This document shows, piece by piece, positions 9,914-19,775 of a stretch of DNA of 64,000 bases (within the stretch, counting starts at the first letter, position 1; every line of letters begins with the position of its first letter). A program made the position numbers and the translations under genes. The notes beneath the pieces are model-generated. The model was not told where the DNA came from. It ran no database searches and was given only the letters and a program-made list of their open reading frames with translations. The stretch is from a virus. Taxonomy: Duplodnaviria; Heunggongvirae; Uroviricota; Caudoviricetes. The stretch lies in the IMG/VR virus record IMGVR_UViG_3300032038_000042. The stretch is one strand, 5' to 3'.

Positions 9914-10740
9914 TATTTTTTCTCCTTTCCAAAATCGTTGTATCTTCCGGAGCTAAAAAACTCTTCATAGAAGTTATCTCGAAGAGTATCCCAAGCAACT
10001 ATAGAATCTATATCCTCATTGCTACAAGCTTTCGATTGCTCTTCCATAAAGTTCAAAACCTTTTGCATAGCGTCTCGGATAACTTTATTTTCTTTAGTCA
10101 AACAAATCTCTACTGCTTGTGTATCTTCAAAATCCTCTAAGCTACCGGACTTAGATTGCTTACCAAAATCAATTCCGTGATCAAAGCAAAGATTATTTTT
10201 AGCCTTTTCTCTTTCTGCATTATACTTTCTTTCGTAATATTCGGAAATTTTGGCTTCTAACTTCAACCACTCGCCAGTTCTTTTATGCAGCAATACACAA
10301 TCTTTTTCAGCAACGTTGTTTGGAACTTTGTAGCAATCGATCCTAAAAGTTTCAGTACCAAAACAACCAAACTTGTAAATGCCAGCTGGTTCAATTCCAT
10401 TTACATGTTTATAGAATGGTGAAAGCTTCATAAAAGCAGCTACCTCAGGACATGCATAAATTGCATCATAATCGTTTGAAATTATCATAGTTAATGTATT
10501 TCCAAAAAGGCGAGCTGCATCAAGTAACTTCTTTGTATCGTCAATCTCTACATTACTTAAATCAGCAACCTTTTGATCAAGTCGGGCTGTTGCAAAAGCT
10601 TTTTTTATTCTTTTGTAGTCTGCTTCAACCTTTACTTGAAACTCATAAAACTTTTTGAAATAGTCTCCTCCTAAAGATTCGAACATGTTAGGATCTGCTT
10701 TTCTGGTTTCTTTTATAAACACATAGTAGGGTTTAATCAT
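9913..10740 (-). CDS. Hypothetical protein
   Basis: The ORF is trimmed to an internal ATG (MIKPYYVF) preceded by GAGGAG, forming an ATGA overlap with the upstream gene. Confidence 0.45.
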   Translation of the reverse strand: MIKPYYVFIKETRKADPNMFESLGGDYFKKFYEFQVKVEADYKRIKKAFATARLDQKVADLSNVEIDDTKKLLDAARLFGNTLTMIISNDYDAIYACPEVAAFMKLSPFYKHVNGIEPAGIYKFGCFGTETFRIDCYKVPNNVAEKDCVLLHKRTGEWLKLEAKISEYYERKYNAEREKAKNNLCFDHGIDFGKQSKSGSLEDFEDTQAVEICLTKENKVIRDAMQKVLNFMEEQSKACSNEDIDSIVAWDTLRDNFYEEFFSSGRYNDFGKEKK

Positions 10741-11615
10741 TTTGTCTCCTCGTTTACTTGTTTTGCAATCTCTTCCCAATCTAAGTCAAGTGACTTTATA
10801 GCATCGACAATGTCGTGTAATAGCGGAGTTGGTATTTTAGAAACTTTGCTGACATTTATGATTCCTAACTTTTCGCATTCGTCAAAAAGCTCTTCTCTTT
10901 CTTTTGAATCATCTTTTATTCGATATTCCCAATCTTTTCCAAACTTTATACTTTCACCAAATTCTTTATCATCAGGACCAATTGCAAACTCTACATCAAA
11001 CCACTCGTTTTCACTTTCCGGAAGTCCCGGAATACAAATTCTTGCTTCAACTCTTTTACCATCTATAAGAGCTTTCATTGCTTCTTTCCAATTAAGCAAT
11101 GTCGGATCTTCAACTTCTGAAAGAAGTACCGGTTGTAAGTTATCGAAGTTTGGAGCTTCTGGAACTAGGGTTTCTGCAATTTTTTCAACTAAGTTTTTTT
11201 CAGCTTGCTCTTTACGAAACTCTCTTATATGTTTATTATGATCTTCTATAAAGTATCTCGCGTCTTGCTTGTTGCGATATGCTCTTATAAACTTCCAATC
11301 CTCTTCGCTAAATTGCTGACCAAGTTCAAAATAGTTGTAAAAACCGTCAGAAATAAATTCACAAACAATAAAATTAAACTCTGCTGAACTTCTCCTGAAA
11401 GGAACCCATAAAACTTCAAGATTCTTTTTTGCAAAGTCTATATAAAAAGTAAGCCATGTATCAAAAGGAAAAAGCGTGTTTATATGACAAGGTTTAATTA
11501 TTTGTTTAAGCCATTTTTCGAATTCGTCTCTCCAGCCTACTTGAGATACTGTATAGAATTCTTTTAAAGGAATTGGTTTAAAGTCTACAGTTTTCTGCAA
11601 AGAACTTTTTTCCAT
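10737..11615 (-). CDS. Hypothetical protein (292 aa)
   Basis: Long ORF in a co-directional early-gene-like block. Confidence 0.5.
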   Translation of the reverse strand: MEKSSLQKTVDFKPIPLKEFYTVSQVGWRDEFEKWLKQIIKPCHINTLFPFDTWLTFYIDFAKKNLEVLWVPFRRSSAEFNFIVCEFISDGFYNYFELGQQFSEEDWKFIRAYRNKQDARYFIEDHNKHIREFRKEQAEKNLVEKIAETLVPEAPNFDNLQPVLLSEVEDPTLLNWKEAMKALIDGKRVEARICIPGLPESENEWFDVEFAIGPDDKEFGESIKFGKDWEYRIKDDSKEREELFDECEKLGIINVSKVSKIPTPLLHDIVDAIKSLDLDWEEIAKQVNEETK

Positions 11616-11716
11616 ATAGTATAACTCCTCCTTTTGTATTTTGTTCCTATAGAGGACTTTTTTTAGCTAAAAATATTCTTGCACTTATACATTTTAATAT
11701 AGGTAAGACTTACAAA

Positions 11717-11749
11717 GAAAAAGCTGCTCTTTTTTTGAGCAGCTTTTTG
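11717..11749. terminator. Intrinsic terminator (AAAAGCTGCTC / GAGCAGCTTTT), bidirectional
   Basis: Perfect 10-11-bp stem with a TTTTTTT loop and flanking T/A runs. Same stem as at 10-43 and 50052-50086. Confidence 0.6.
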
Positions 11750-11762
11750 AAAGTTGCTTTAA

Positions 11763-12218
11763 TTACTTTGCTGTTGCAGAGCTTGTATCGGTAGCTATAA
11801 GCGAAACATCTGTTCCGTTAATTACAAGTTCGTAAAGTTTATCAGGAACACCAGATCTCCTATAAATAATGTATCTGTAGTAGAATTTAGTACGTATGTT
11901 ATTTTTTAGGTTTTCAAAATCTACAAAACGGTTAAAATCTAGGTTATTTGAAGCTTTATTTATTGTATTTTCGTATGTAGTTTCATACCAAGATTCAACC
12001 TCTTCAACAGTAGCACAATCTGGAACCGATATAAATTTTACAGTATCTCCATTATCGCGCTGTGCTGTAATTTCATTGTTTGAATTACCAGTACCGGAAT
12101 TTTCTGGAGTTTTAAAATCAAAACCACCTGAAGCCGAATTAGTACAAGCAACAAGGCTGCTACCAAACAAGGCTGCTACCAAAACTAACAGAACCAAATT
12201 AAACTTCTTCATTTTCAT
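11763..12218 (-). CDS. Lipoprotein
   Basis: N-terminus MKMKKFNLVLLVLVAALFGSSLVAC is a signal peptide with a lipobox L-V-A-C. Confidence 0.6.
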   Translation of the reverse strand: MKMKKFNLVLLVLVAALFGSSLVACTNSASGGFDFKTPENSGTGNSNNEITAQRDNGDTVKFISVPDCATVEEVESWYETTYENTINKASNNLDFNRFVDFENLKNNIRTKFYYRYIIYRRSGVPDKLYELVINGTDVSLIATDTSSATAK

Positions 12219-12361
12219 ACCTCTTTAAAAGAAAATTTTTGCTATTTTTCTACCTTTCTAGCAGAAAACCAATTCGTTACTACCTATTTGTAACGTTTTT
12301 ACAGTAATATTATAGGCAGAGTTTCCTGAGAATTTCCAAAAAATTTTAAAAAAATGATTTT

Positions 12362-12733
12362 TTACACGGATTTTCTACATTGGTCTAAAAAACCTTTTCC
12401 ATATGTTTTTTCTGCATATTGTAAAAAAGGTTTTATATCATTTCCTGTAATGACATCTATCCCTAATTTATCTATCAACTCTATTTTAGCGACTTCTTTT
12501 TCGTTTAATCCTTCCGCGAGGTGCGTACCTTTAATTTCGATTAACTTATCGTGTACTTTAAAATCTGGATGAAAAATGTGGAACTTTTCATCATCTTCTT
12601 CCAGTTTATACGGTATTTCAATATCAGGATGATACTCAAACGGAATACCATAATCACGTAAATAGATGTAGTAAGCTAGCTCCCAAGAAGAGTCGAAAAC
12701 AATATTATCTAATATATACTGAACCTTTCGCAT
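12362..12733 (-). CDS. Small PD-(D/E)xK-like nuclease-fold protein
   Basis: ...DSSWE...HPDFKV...LIEIKGT shows D/E ... PD ... E-I-K spacing typical of restriction-endonuclease-like folds. Confidence 0.4.
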   Translation of the reverse strand: MRKVQYILDNIVFDSSWELAYYIYLRDYGIPFEYHPDIEIPYKLEEDDEKFHIFHPDFKVHDKLIEIKGTHLAEGLNEKEVAKIELIDKLGIDVITGNDIKPFLQYAEKTYGKGFLDQCRKSV

Positions 12734-12739
12734 GCAAAA

Positions 12740-12943
12740 TTAAGCTTCTTCTGTTAAGCTTTTTGCAACTGCGAGTAACTGCTCTATTTCTGTTTTTTGC
12801 TCTTCCGTAAGCAGTAGTTGGTTATTGTTAGTTGCTATTTGATTTTTCAAATCGGTATTTTCGTTTTTCAATACCTTAAGTTTTGCAATTAAATCTTTTA
12901 TAAGCTGTAAAAGAGCTTGATTTGCTTCAAAAATATTATTCAT
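12740..12943 (-). CDS. Small coiled-coil protein (67 aa)
   Basis: Heptad-like Leu/Gln/Glu pattern. Confidence 0.35.
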   Translation of the reverse strand: MNNIFEANQALLQLIKDLIAKLKVLKNENTDLKNQIATNNNQLLLTEEQKTEIEQLLAVAKSLTEEA

Positions 12944-12958
12944 AATGACAATTATAGT

Positions 12959-14752
12959 TTAGCTCACAGCAGCTGAATTAAACACAACTTTAGACGCTTT
13001 TAATATTCGAATAAAAACCGGAGACGTATATACGACTTTTCCAAAAGTAAAATAACCTTCGTTTACAGCACAGGGTGCATCTTCTTTAACTGGTATAACA
13101 AAAGGTTTAGCGAGATTTTGACAATCTAACCAATCTGTATTTCCTTCTGATTTTATATACATTTCTCCGTCATGCTCTATATCAATATTAATGTGACTGT
13201 AGCAATCCTCTGCATCAACTTTAAAACACAATGCAGATTCGCTCGGGTCATCTATTGTATAAACTCCATGATAAAGTTTTGGTTCCCAACTTTCAAGTGC
13301 TTTTTTAGAATCCCAAGCTTCTCCATAATCTCTAAGTGGTGCATGTACACTTGCAGATGGAGTTGTAACTCTATTAGACTCATCACTGTAATCGGAATCT
13401 ATATCAAGTTTAACCTCGTAAGTAAATACATTTTCTTTTTTAATGTTAAAAGCTTTTAGCAATAAAAATCTTGAAGAGGCTTTTATTTCGATATCTTTAT
13501 CGATCTGGAACTCTCCGGAAGTCGGTTGATGTGTATCTACTTCAATATCGTAAGTAAATTGAACATTTCTATTTGCATCTAAAACGGTTAATGTAAAAGG
13601 ATGCTGCGGTCTGAAATACTGTAAGAAATTATTTTTTACAATAAAAGTAAAAGGTAAAGAGTAAATAGTATCAAATTCGTGAGGAAAATAAGCAAAACCG
13701 GATGTCCATTTTGTTTTATACTCCTGTAAAGTTTCTTTTACATAAGTATTTTCTGCTTGAGCTTGGGCTTTAGAGATGTACTCATCAACTCCAATTCTAA
13801 TCGGTTTGGATAATTTTGAGTTACCATTATCATCTGCAATTCTTACTCTTAACTCTACAAAAGGATTTAAAGGGTCGATTGTTGTAAACAAATCCAATAA
13901 ATTAAAAGTTAATGCATACTTATTTCTCCAGTAAAAAGGATTTACATCATCGACTGTATAGACATTTTCTGTTTCAAGAAGTTTCCAATAACTTCCTTTT
14001 CCTTCAAGTATATCTGCTATAGAAGCTACATGACTTGTTTTACTATCATGTACTAAAGCTATACTTGTTGCTTCTGTAAAATTGTTTGCAATACAGAATG
14101 GCTCTACAATCAATTGACAATTCTCGCAACCTGCGTAAGATTTGTAAAACTTTAAACGTAAAACATCGTACTCTTCGTTGTTTTGGTAGCAAATAGCTTT
14201 AAGAGGTTTTTCTCCATCTTGAGTAATACTTAAATTTCGTAACGGAAAGTTTGCAGCTGTAAAATCCTCGATCATGTCATCTGCATACTCTTTGGTTACA
14301 ACATCCGTCGGTTTTACTGGAATGTAACCAGGCTCCATAGTCGAGCTACCATCTTTTAAAAATACTTTTTCCTCGGTTTGGGCTGTATAAATGACTACAG
14401 AGATAGATGTAATTGGATCTATTGGTTCTACCTGACAAACAATAGATGCATAGTCTTGTTTTAAAGTCGGCAAAAATTGAAGTTCGTTTACTTGCTTACC
14501 ATTACAGTAATATTTAATACCTGTATATTTATTTTTAGGTGTTATTGCTAATTTAAGTTTTTCATTAAAAAATTGAGTTCTATACTCCGAATCTTGCGTT
14601 AAGTAAACAGTCTGACGCTTAGCAATAATTTTTCCGTTTTCATCTGCAAAGTAACCGTTTACATCCGGTACAGTATCGTAAACTTTAGCTTCGTATAATT
14701 TTATTGGTACTCCAACTCCGGAGTTTCTATCAAGTCTACCTGTCAATTCCAT
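12959..14752 (-). CDS. Hypothetical large protein (597 aa), possibly virion/tail-associated
   Basis: Long ORF divergent from the giant tail-fibre gene. No catalytic motif recognised. Confidence 0.5.
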   Translation of the reverse strand: MELTGRLDRNSGVGVPIKLYEAKVYDTVPDVNGYFADENGKIIAKRQTVYLTQDSEYRTQFFNEKLKLAITPKNKYTGIKYYCNGKQVNELQFLPTLKQDYASIVCQVEPIDPITSISVVIYTAQTEEKVFLKDGSSTMEPGYIPVKPTDVVTKEYADDMIEDFTAANFPLRNLSITQDGEKPLKAICYQNNEEYDVLRLKFYKSYAGCENCQLIVEPFCIANNFTEATSIALVHDSKTSHVASIADILEGKGSYWKLLETENVYTVDDVNPFYWRNKYALTFNLLDLFTTIDPLNPFVELRVRIADDNGNSKLSKPIRIGVDEYISKAQAQAENTYVKETLQEYKTKWTSGFAYFPHEFDTIYSLPFTFIVKNNFLQYFRPQHPFTLTVLDANRNVQFTYDIEVDTHQPTSGEFQIDKDIEIKASSRFLLLKAFNIKKENVFTYEVKLDIDSDYSDESNRVTTPSASVHAPLRDYGEAWDSKKALESWEPKLYHGVYTIDDPSESALCFKVDAEDCYSHINIDIEHDGEMYIKSEGNTDWLDCQNLAKPFVIPVKEDAPCAVNEGYFTFGKVVYTSPVFIRILKASKVVFNSAAVS

Positions 14753-15017
14753 TTGTAATTTCCTCTACTTCGATGTTGGAGAATTTTCCAGTTGCATAAA
14801 ACTCAATAAAATTAAAAAGATCTTTTGCAGCTTTTACATCTCGTTTATCCAAGCTATCTGGTCCATCTTTTAAGGCTTGTTTAATAAATTTATGTTCACC
14901 TGGAAAATCGTCTACTTTTGCTAAAACTTTATCCGGATTAGTTGCTAAATCGTTTATAAAAATATTCAACCAATTTGATGTAACTTGTGTAAACTGTTCG
15001 CTGTTTTCTACATTCAT
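14736..15017 (-). CDS. Hypothetical protein (93 aa)
   Basis: ORF overlapping the downstream gene by 17 nt. Confidence 0.4.
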   Translation of the reverse strand: MNVENSEQFTQVTSNWLNIFINDLATNPDKVLAKVDDFPGEHKFIKQALKDGPDSLDKRDVKAAKDLFNFIEFYATGKFSNIEVEEITNGIDR

Positions 15018-15046
15018 AATAGCAATTAGTTAATAGCTTAACTAAT

Positions 15047-18000
15047 TTGAATATTATGTTAACAGCTGAAACTAAAACAAGCACACTTTGGAAAGCCCAC
15101 AAAGGTTGGGGTTCTACACATACAGAAAGAGAAACATTTGAAGAGTTATATAGATCTTTTAAAGAAATTTCTAGTAACTCGATTTTAGCTTACGGAGATT
15201 TACTTCCAAGAAAACCTACAGACCAGTTTTTTGAGGATGTAAAAGCGCTCGATGCTACAAACGATACTGTTTACTATAAAGAGTCTTCTTTTAGAACTAT
15301 TCCTTTAATCAAAAAACATGTTAATGTAAGACTTACACCTGTTTCGCAGAATTGTGATCATGCATTCGTTATTGCAGATGTAAAAGGTAATCAGATTAAA
15401 AATATCATTCCGTACGATTTTAGTGATAGTGGAATTTACAACTACAAGCTTACGGACTTTTATGGTAATGAAATTCCATGGGGTATTTGCGACTGGGTTA
15501 TAGATACCAACTCTAGTTTGTTAACATTTAACAATGGAATACCAGACACTGTTAGTGCAGCTTATCCTCCAAAATTAACTTTTTATCAGTACATCGGACC
15601 TGTTGGAGAAAGACATTATATAGATGCTGTATTGTTTGATATTACAGAAGCTGTTTACGAACCATATAAACCGGTTTTGGATATTACAGATCTTGTATCA
15701 ACTCAACTTGATCAAATTGAAAAGGACTTTTTTAACAAAACAAAATTCTCCGGAGATGATACAAACCCTGGTATTGGTTTACAATATAACGTCTTATCTA
15801 ATGTAATTAAAACTGCGACTCAAGATCCAATAAAAGGTTACGACGATAATAGTAAAGCTCAAGTTGTAAGTTTAATTTCTCATTTAAAAGGTTCTACAAC
15901 AGATGCAGAAGTTCTATTTGTAAGTGAAGGAATTGATACTTCAAAAACATATAATATTCAAATAGAAGAAGGTGCAGCCGAAAAAGATAATATTGCTAAA
16001 ATAGAAACTGAAGATGGTTTTTTCATCATCCGAGGTTTGCCAGGAAATTATCAAGTAACAGTAGAGGAAGATCAAAGAGCATATGCAGCTCTTTTAGTTA
16101 AGGATAACGATACTCAAGAATACGAGGTTTTTTATCCAAGAGAAGAGTTAAATGTTACTTTAAAACTTCCAGTATTTGTAGATTTAATTAATTTCCCTCC
16201 ACATTTAAAGTTAACTACATTAACATCTTACTCGGATCACATTACACCACAATTTTACGGTCCACGTGTTGCGGACTTTGTAATTGCAGCAGGTAACTCT
16301 ACAGTTAATTGGCGTTCTGCAGATTATGTAGTTTACAATTATGAGGGTTTTTTCTTAAGAGATGCAATCGCAGCAAGAGAAGGTAATCACATTTTCTTAA
16401 GAAACGGTATTTACGAAAATGATAATAAAGAATTGCTCATTCCAAACAACATTTATCTGCACGGTGAATCTCGAGAAGAAGCAATCATTAAAAATGCAAA
16501 AATTAGATTAGGTAAAGATGCAAGCTTAGATACTCTCAGTTTTCAAGACTGCGAAGTAATAGTTGATAGTTATGCAGCAATAAAGAATTGTAATTTTACA
16601 AATACTCCAGTTTATGTAAGAAATGGACAAAAAACAGCTGTAATGCATGGTTGTTCTTTTGAAGATTTGGAAATAGATGGAAACGATCACATTGCAGATT
16701 CTCAGGTTTTACGATTAAAGATAACAGGTTCTGCAAACTTGTTCGGTACAGCTGTTGTTGAAACTTTAGATGTAAATAACGGAACTTTTGAAGCATTCGG
16801 GTCTTACATAAAGAGTTTTAAGCACACAGATGGAACATTTTACATAAACTCATGTAACATCGGAACATTAAATGTAATAAATAGTAGCAAAAATTCTGTA
16901 TTAAATACAACTGCAATCGGTTATGTTGAAAATCTTCCAGACTTTATCAAAATCGATACGAGTTATGTAACAAAGTTTTCTGACAAAATTACAAGAAGAG
17001 TTTATCCAGATGAAGCTACAATTCCGTATTACTCAAGTTTCGAAAGAAGAGTTTACGCAAAGTTACCAGATCCATTCTTATATGATGAAGAAACAAATAA
17101 ATTAAATATAAAAATCGATACAATTGAGCATACGATTTTTATTAACAAAAACGGTGAACTTCAATGTAGATTCTTCTCTGCAGATGAGATTTGGATTAAA
17201 GATCCCGATATTTTTAAAACTCAAATTGAAGATGTTTACAGTGAACATGCAGATACAAAATTAGATCATCCAAAGCCAATTCATGTAGAAGAGGCTTTAG
17301 TTGATATATACTGGTCTAAAGCAGATTTAAAAAATGGTAAAGTTCCAATCAGTCAACTTCCAGATTCTGTTGCTTACGGTGGTTTAAGTTTAGTTGGAAT
17401 GTGGTCTTTTGAAGACAGCGAAGGTAAATATCCAACTTTTGCAGATGTAGATACTCAATTTGGATCTGATGACGAATATACAGGGTTACAAAACGGTTGG
17501 TTCTTTATTGTAAGTGCATCTCATGCAGAAGATGATCCAGTTAAACCTCAATATTCAGAAGATGGTGTTGAATGGACTGCGGGTGACTGGATTATTTATA
17601 CAGGTGGAAAAAAGCATCTTATAGACTACTTAAAACCAATTCGTTTCTTGTATAAAGGTCAAAATGCAAGCTTACTAGAGAGTTCAAACGAAACTGTTAC
17701 GTATGAAATTCCATTAGAAAAGATAAAGCATGAAGTTTCTGGGGATGGAAGTTTTGAAGGCTCTTACGAAGGTAGCTATGAAGGTTCTTACGAGGGTAGT
17801 TACGAGGGAAGCTCAGAATCGAGTGGTGGAGGTGTTACTGTAATTGATTATGGTACAGTAACAATTGATAAAGAAGGAAAAATTGTAAAGACTTATAACT
17901 TACCTCGTACTTTTACAATTGGTAAGCTATTAAAAGATGTTCCTGGACTTTATATTCGAGAGTATCAATACTCAATGGTATCAGATGGAGATAGCTGGTC

Positions 18001-19771
18001 AAAATTAGATAGAGCTTATCTCGACCCTGTATACTCAAGATTACCAAACTTAGCAACTGCTGCAGGTGCAGACAATCCACAATGGTCTATTGAAGATGGA
18101 GGAACAGGTCTTTTAAGACTTTCTTATAAGTCCCTTGCAGAAGCAATTCGCTTAATTAACGAAACTCTTTTAAAGCTTTCTCCGGATAGACCTACATCTA
18201 TTCAAAACATCGATGTAATTTTTGATGAAGAAAAAACTACAGCTAAGCTTATAGATGTATATCCTATCAGTACAGGTTTGCAATTAAATCAAGTTATTAA
18301 AGAAAACGAACCTTTACATTATTATGATTCTGATTCCGGAAAAATATGCTTTAAGCAAAAAGGTGATCATGATTATTTACCTCTTGAGAATTGTTTTTAC
18401 TGCGGTACTTCATCAACAATAAAAGTTTTAGACTACGAAGGAGACAAAACAGAGGATGTTACCGATAAATATGCAACAATCGAAAGGTTTGATCCTTATC
18501 AAAAATACAGATTAGGTTTTAGAGCACCAACTGTAATGGATGCTGCAGAGGTATCTGGTACAATAAATCTCGGAGAAGGTGATTTTAGAGTTGCTCATAA
18601 GGTAAGGTTTGTACAAGAGGATTTAGTATGCACACCACAAGTAACAGACTTAAAAGAGACTTTAGAAGGTGAAACACGTTCATTTATAAGCTTTGTAGAA
18701 AGTAAAATTTATAAATTCGAATCGATAAAAGTTCAACCGTGTACAGCTCAAACAGTTAACTTGCGTGTCTTGAATACTTTCTTAAACTCTTGTAGGACAG
18801 GTGGATACGGATACGTACCAAACGGACAAAAAATTACCGGTACATTCTTAATTAAAAACTTTACAAAATACGGAGTTGTAGGTAAGGATGCTAATATCGA
18901 ATTAGCAGCTACATTTGCAGGTATTGATTTACCAATTACAATTGAATCTCAAACATTACTTGAAACAGATACAACGTACGAAACTTTTGATTTGGAAGTT
19001 GCATTTACTACTACTTTGCCAGCAGAAAAGGATTATTACGATAGTCAATTGTTGGTAACTGTAAGCGCAAGAAACTTCGATCAAGAAATTAAAAATGAGC
19101 AAGTTTTACTTATAAAAGATTTAATTACAATCAATCCCGATTCAATTCAAAAAATTGTTGAGCCAAGTGGTGCACTACTTTATCCGACTCTTGGAAGAGG
19201 TTCAAATACTTTCGGAGATGAGTATTTAGGTAAAACAGTTCTAAATGTAATCAATAGTCCAGAGCTTGTTTGGGAAGAAAACGGTTATGGTTGGCCAAAA
19301 AGGAGTAAGTTTGTAGATAGATTTAACTTACCAGAAAACGATTATGCAATTCCGGAGCAGAATGGTATAATTGTAGGTGACAATACCTATAGGTTTGTTT
19401 GCTATAAGTTTAGTTTTGACAAAATTCAGGATTTGTGCGGCTTTAATGTAAATTTTGAATGGGCTGAAAACGAACCTAAGTTAAAATCTATAGATGGTAC
19501 TTACGAAAACATAATGCTTCAAGTTTGTGTAGATTCTTTAGAAGCAAAACATAAATATTTGTTAAACGGAAATAAAGCAGTTCCAGTTTTCTTTGAAGCT
19601 ACTTTTGAACAAGATGAAACTTGCAACCACCCAGGAAAAAGTAATTTAACAAAACGAAGAATTACATTTGGTAGAAAACCTATTCCTATACAAGATATTT
19701 ATATAAGAGTTGGTGTTGCAAAAGATTCAGGTGTTAGAATTAAAAAATGCTATGTGACAACAGAGGAGTAA
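15047..19771 (+). CDS. Giant tail-fibre / tailspike-like protein with a parallel beta-helix (pectate-lyase-like depolymerase) region and a (GSYE)n repeat
   Basis: 1574-aa ORF with a TTG start at 15047 (the first ATG is at 15056). Residues about 430-620 show repeated NxxIxG / N-rich beta-helix rungs (…NAKIRLGKDASLDTLSFQDCEVIVD…NCNFTNTPVYVRNG…). GSYEGSYEGSYEGSYEGS lies at nt about 17758-17810. Confidence 0.6.
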   Translation: MNIMLTAETKTSTLWKAHKGWGSTHTERETFEELYRSFKEISSNSILAYGDLLPRKPTDQFFEDVKALDATNDTVYYKESSFRTIPLIKKHVNVRLTPVSQNCDHAFVIADVKGNQIKNIIPYDFSDSGIYNYKLTDFYGNEIPWGICDWVIDTNSSLLTFNNGIPDTVSAAYPPKLTFYQYIGPVGERHYIDAVLFDITEAVYEPYKPVLDITDLVSTQLDQIEKDFFNKTKFSGDDTNPGIGLQYNVLSNVIKTATQDPIKGYDDNSKAQVVSLISHLKGSTTDAEVLFVSEGIDTSKTYNIQIEEGAAEKDNIAKIETEDGFFIIRGLPGNYQVTVEEDQRAYAALLVKDNDTQEYEVFYPREELNVTLKLPVFVDLINFPPHLKLTTLTSYSDHITPQFYGPRVADFVIAAGNSTVNWRSADYVVYNYEGFFLRDAIAAREGNHIFLRNGIYENDNKELLIPNNIYLHGESREEAIIKNAKIRLGKDASLDTLSFQDCEVIVDSYAAIKNCNFTNTPVYVRNGQKTAVMHGCSFEDLEIDGNDHIADSQVLRLKITGSANLFGTAVVETLDVNNGTFEAFGSYIKSFKHTDGTFYINSCNIGTLNVINSSKNSVLNTTAIGYVENLPDFIKIDTSYVTKFSDKITRRVYPDEATIPYYSSFERRVYAKLPDPFLYDEETNKLNIKIDTIEHTIFINKNGELQCRFFSADEIWIKDPDIFKTQIEDVYSEHADTKLDHPKPIHVEEALVDIYWSKADLKNGKVPISQLPDSVAYGGLSLVGMWSFEDSEGKYPTFADVDTQFGSDDEYTGLQNGWFFIVSASHAEDDPVKPQYSEDGVEWTAGDWIIYTGGKKHLIDYLKPIRFLYKGQNASLLESSNETVTYEIPLEKIKHEVSGDGSFEGSYEGSYEGSYEGSYEGSSESSGGGVTVIDYGTVTIDKEGKIVKTYNLPRTFTIGKLLKDVPGLYIREYQYSMVSDGDSWSKLDRAYLDPVYSRLPNLATAAGADNPQWSIEDGGTGLLRLSYKSLAEAIRLINETLLKLSPDRPTSIQNIDVIFDEEKTTAKLIDVYPISTGLQLNQVIKENEPLHYYDSDSGKICFKQKGDHDYLPLENCFYCGTSSTIKVLDYEGDKTEDVTDKYATIERFDPYQKYRLGFRAPTVMDAAEVSGTINLGEGDFRVAHKVRFVQEDLVCTPQVTDLKETLEGETRSFISFVESKIYKFESIKVQPCTAQTVNLRVLNTFLNSCRTGGYGYVPNGQKITGTFLIKNFTKYGVVGKDANIELAATFAGIDLPITIESQTLLETDTTYETFDLEVAFTTTLPAEKDYYDSQLLVTVSARNFDQEIKNEQVLLIKDLITINPDSIQKIVEPSGALLYPTLGRGSNTFGDEYLGKTVLNVINSPELVWEENGYGWPKRSKFVDRFNLPENDYAIPEQNGIIVGDNTYRFVCYKFSFDKIQDLCGFNVNFEWAENEPKLKSIDGTYENIMLQVCVDSLEAKHKYLLNGNKAVPVFFEATFEQDETCNHPGKSNLTKRRITFGRKPIPIQDIYIRVGVAKDSGVRIKKCYVTTEE

Positions 19772-19775
19772 ACTT

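Noticed and set aside
17740-17830. GSYE repeat DNA as a CRISPR array or other interspersed repeat
   Set aside because: It is a short in-frame tandem codon repeat inside a coding region, with no spacer structure.
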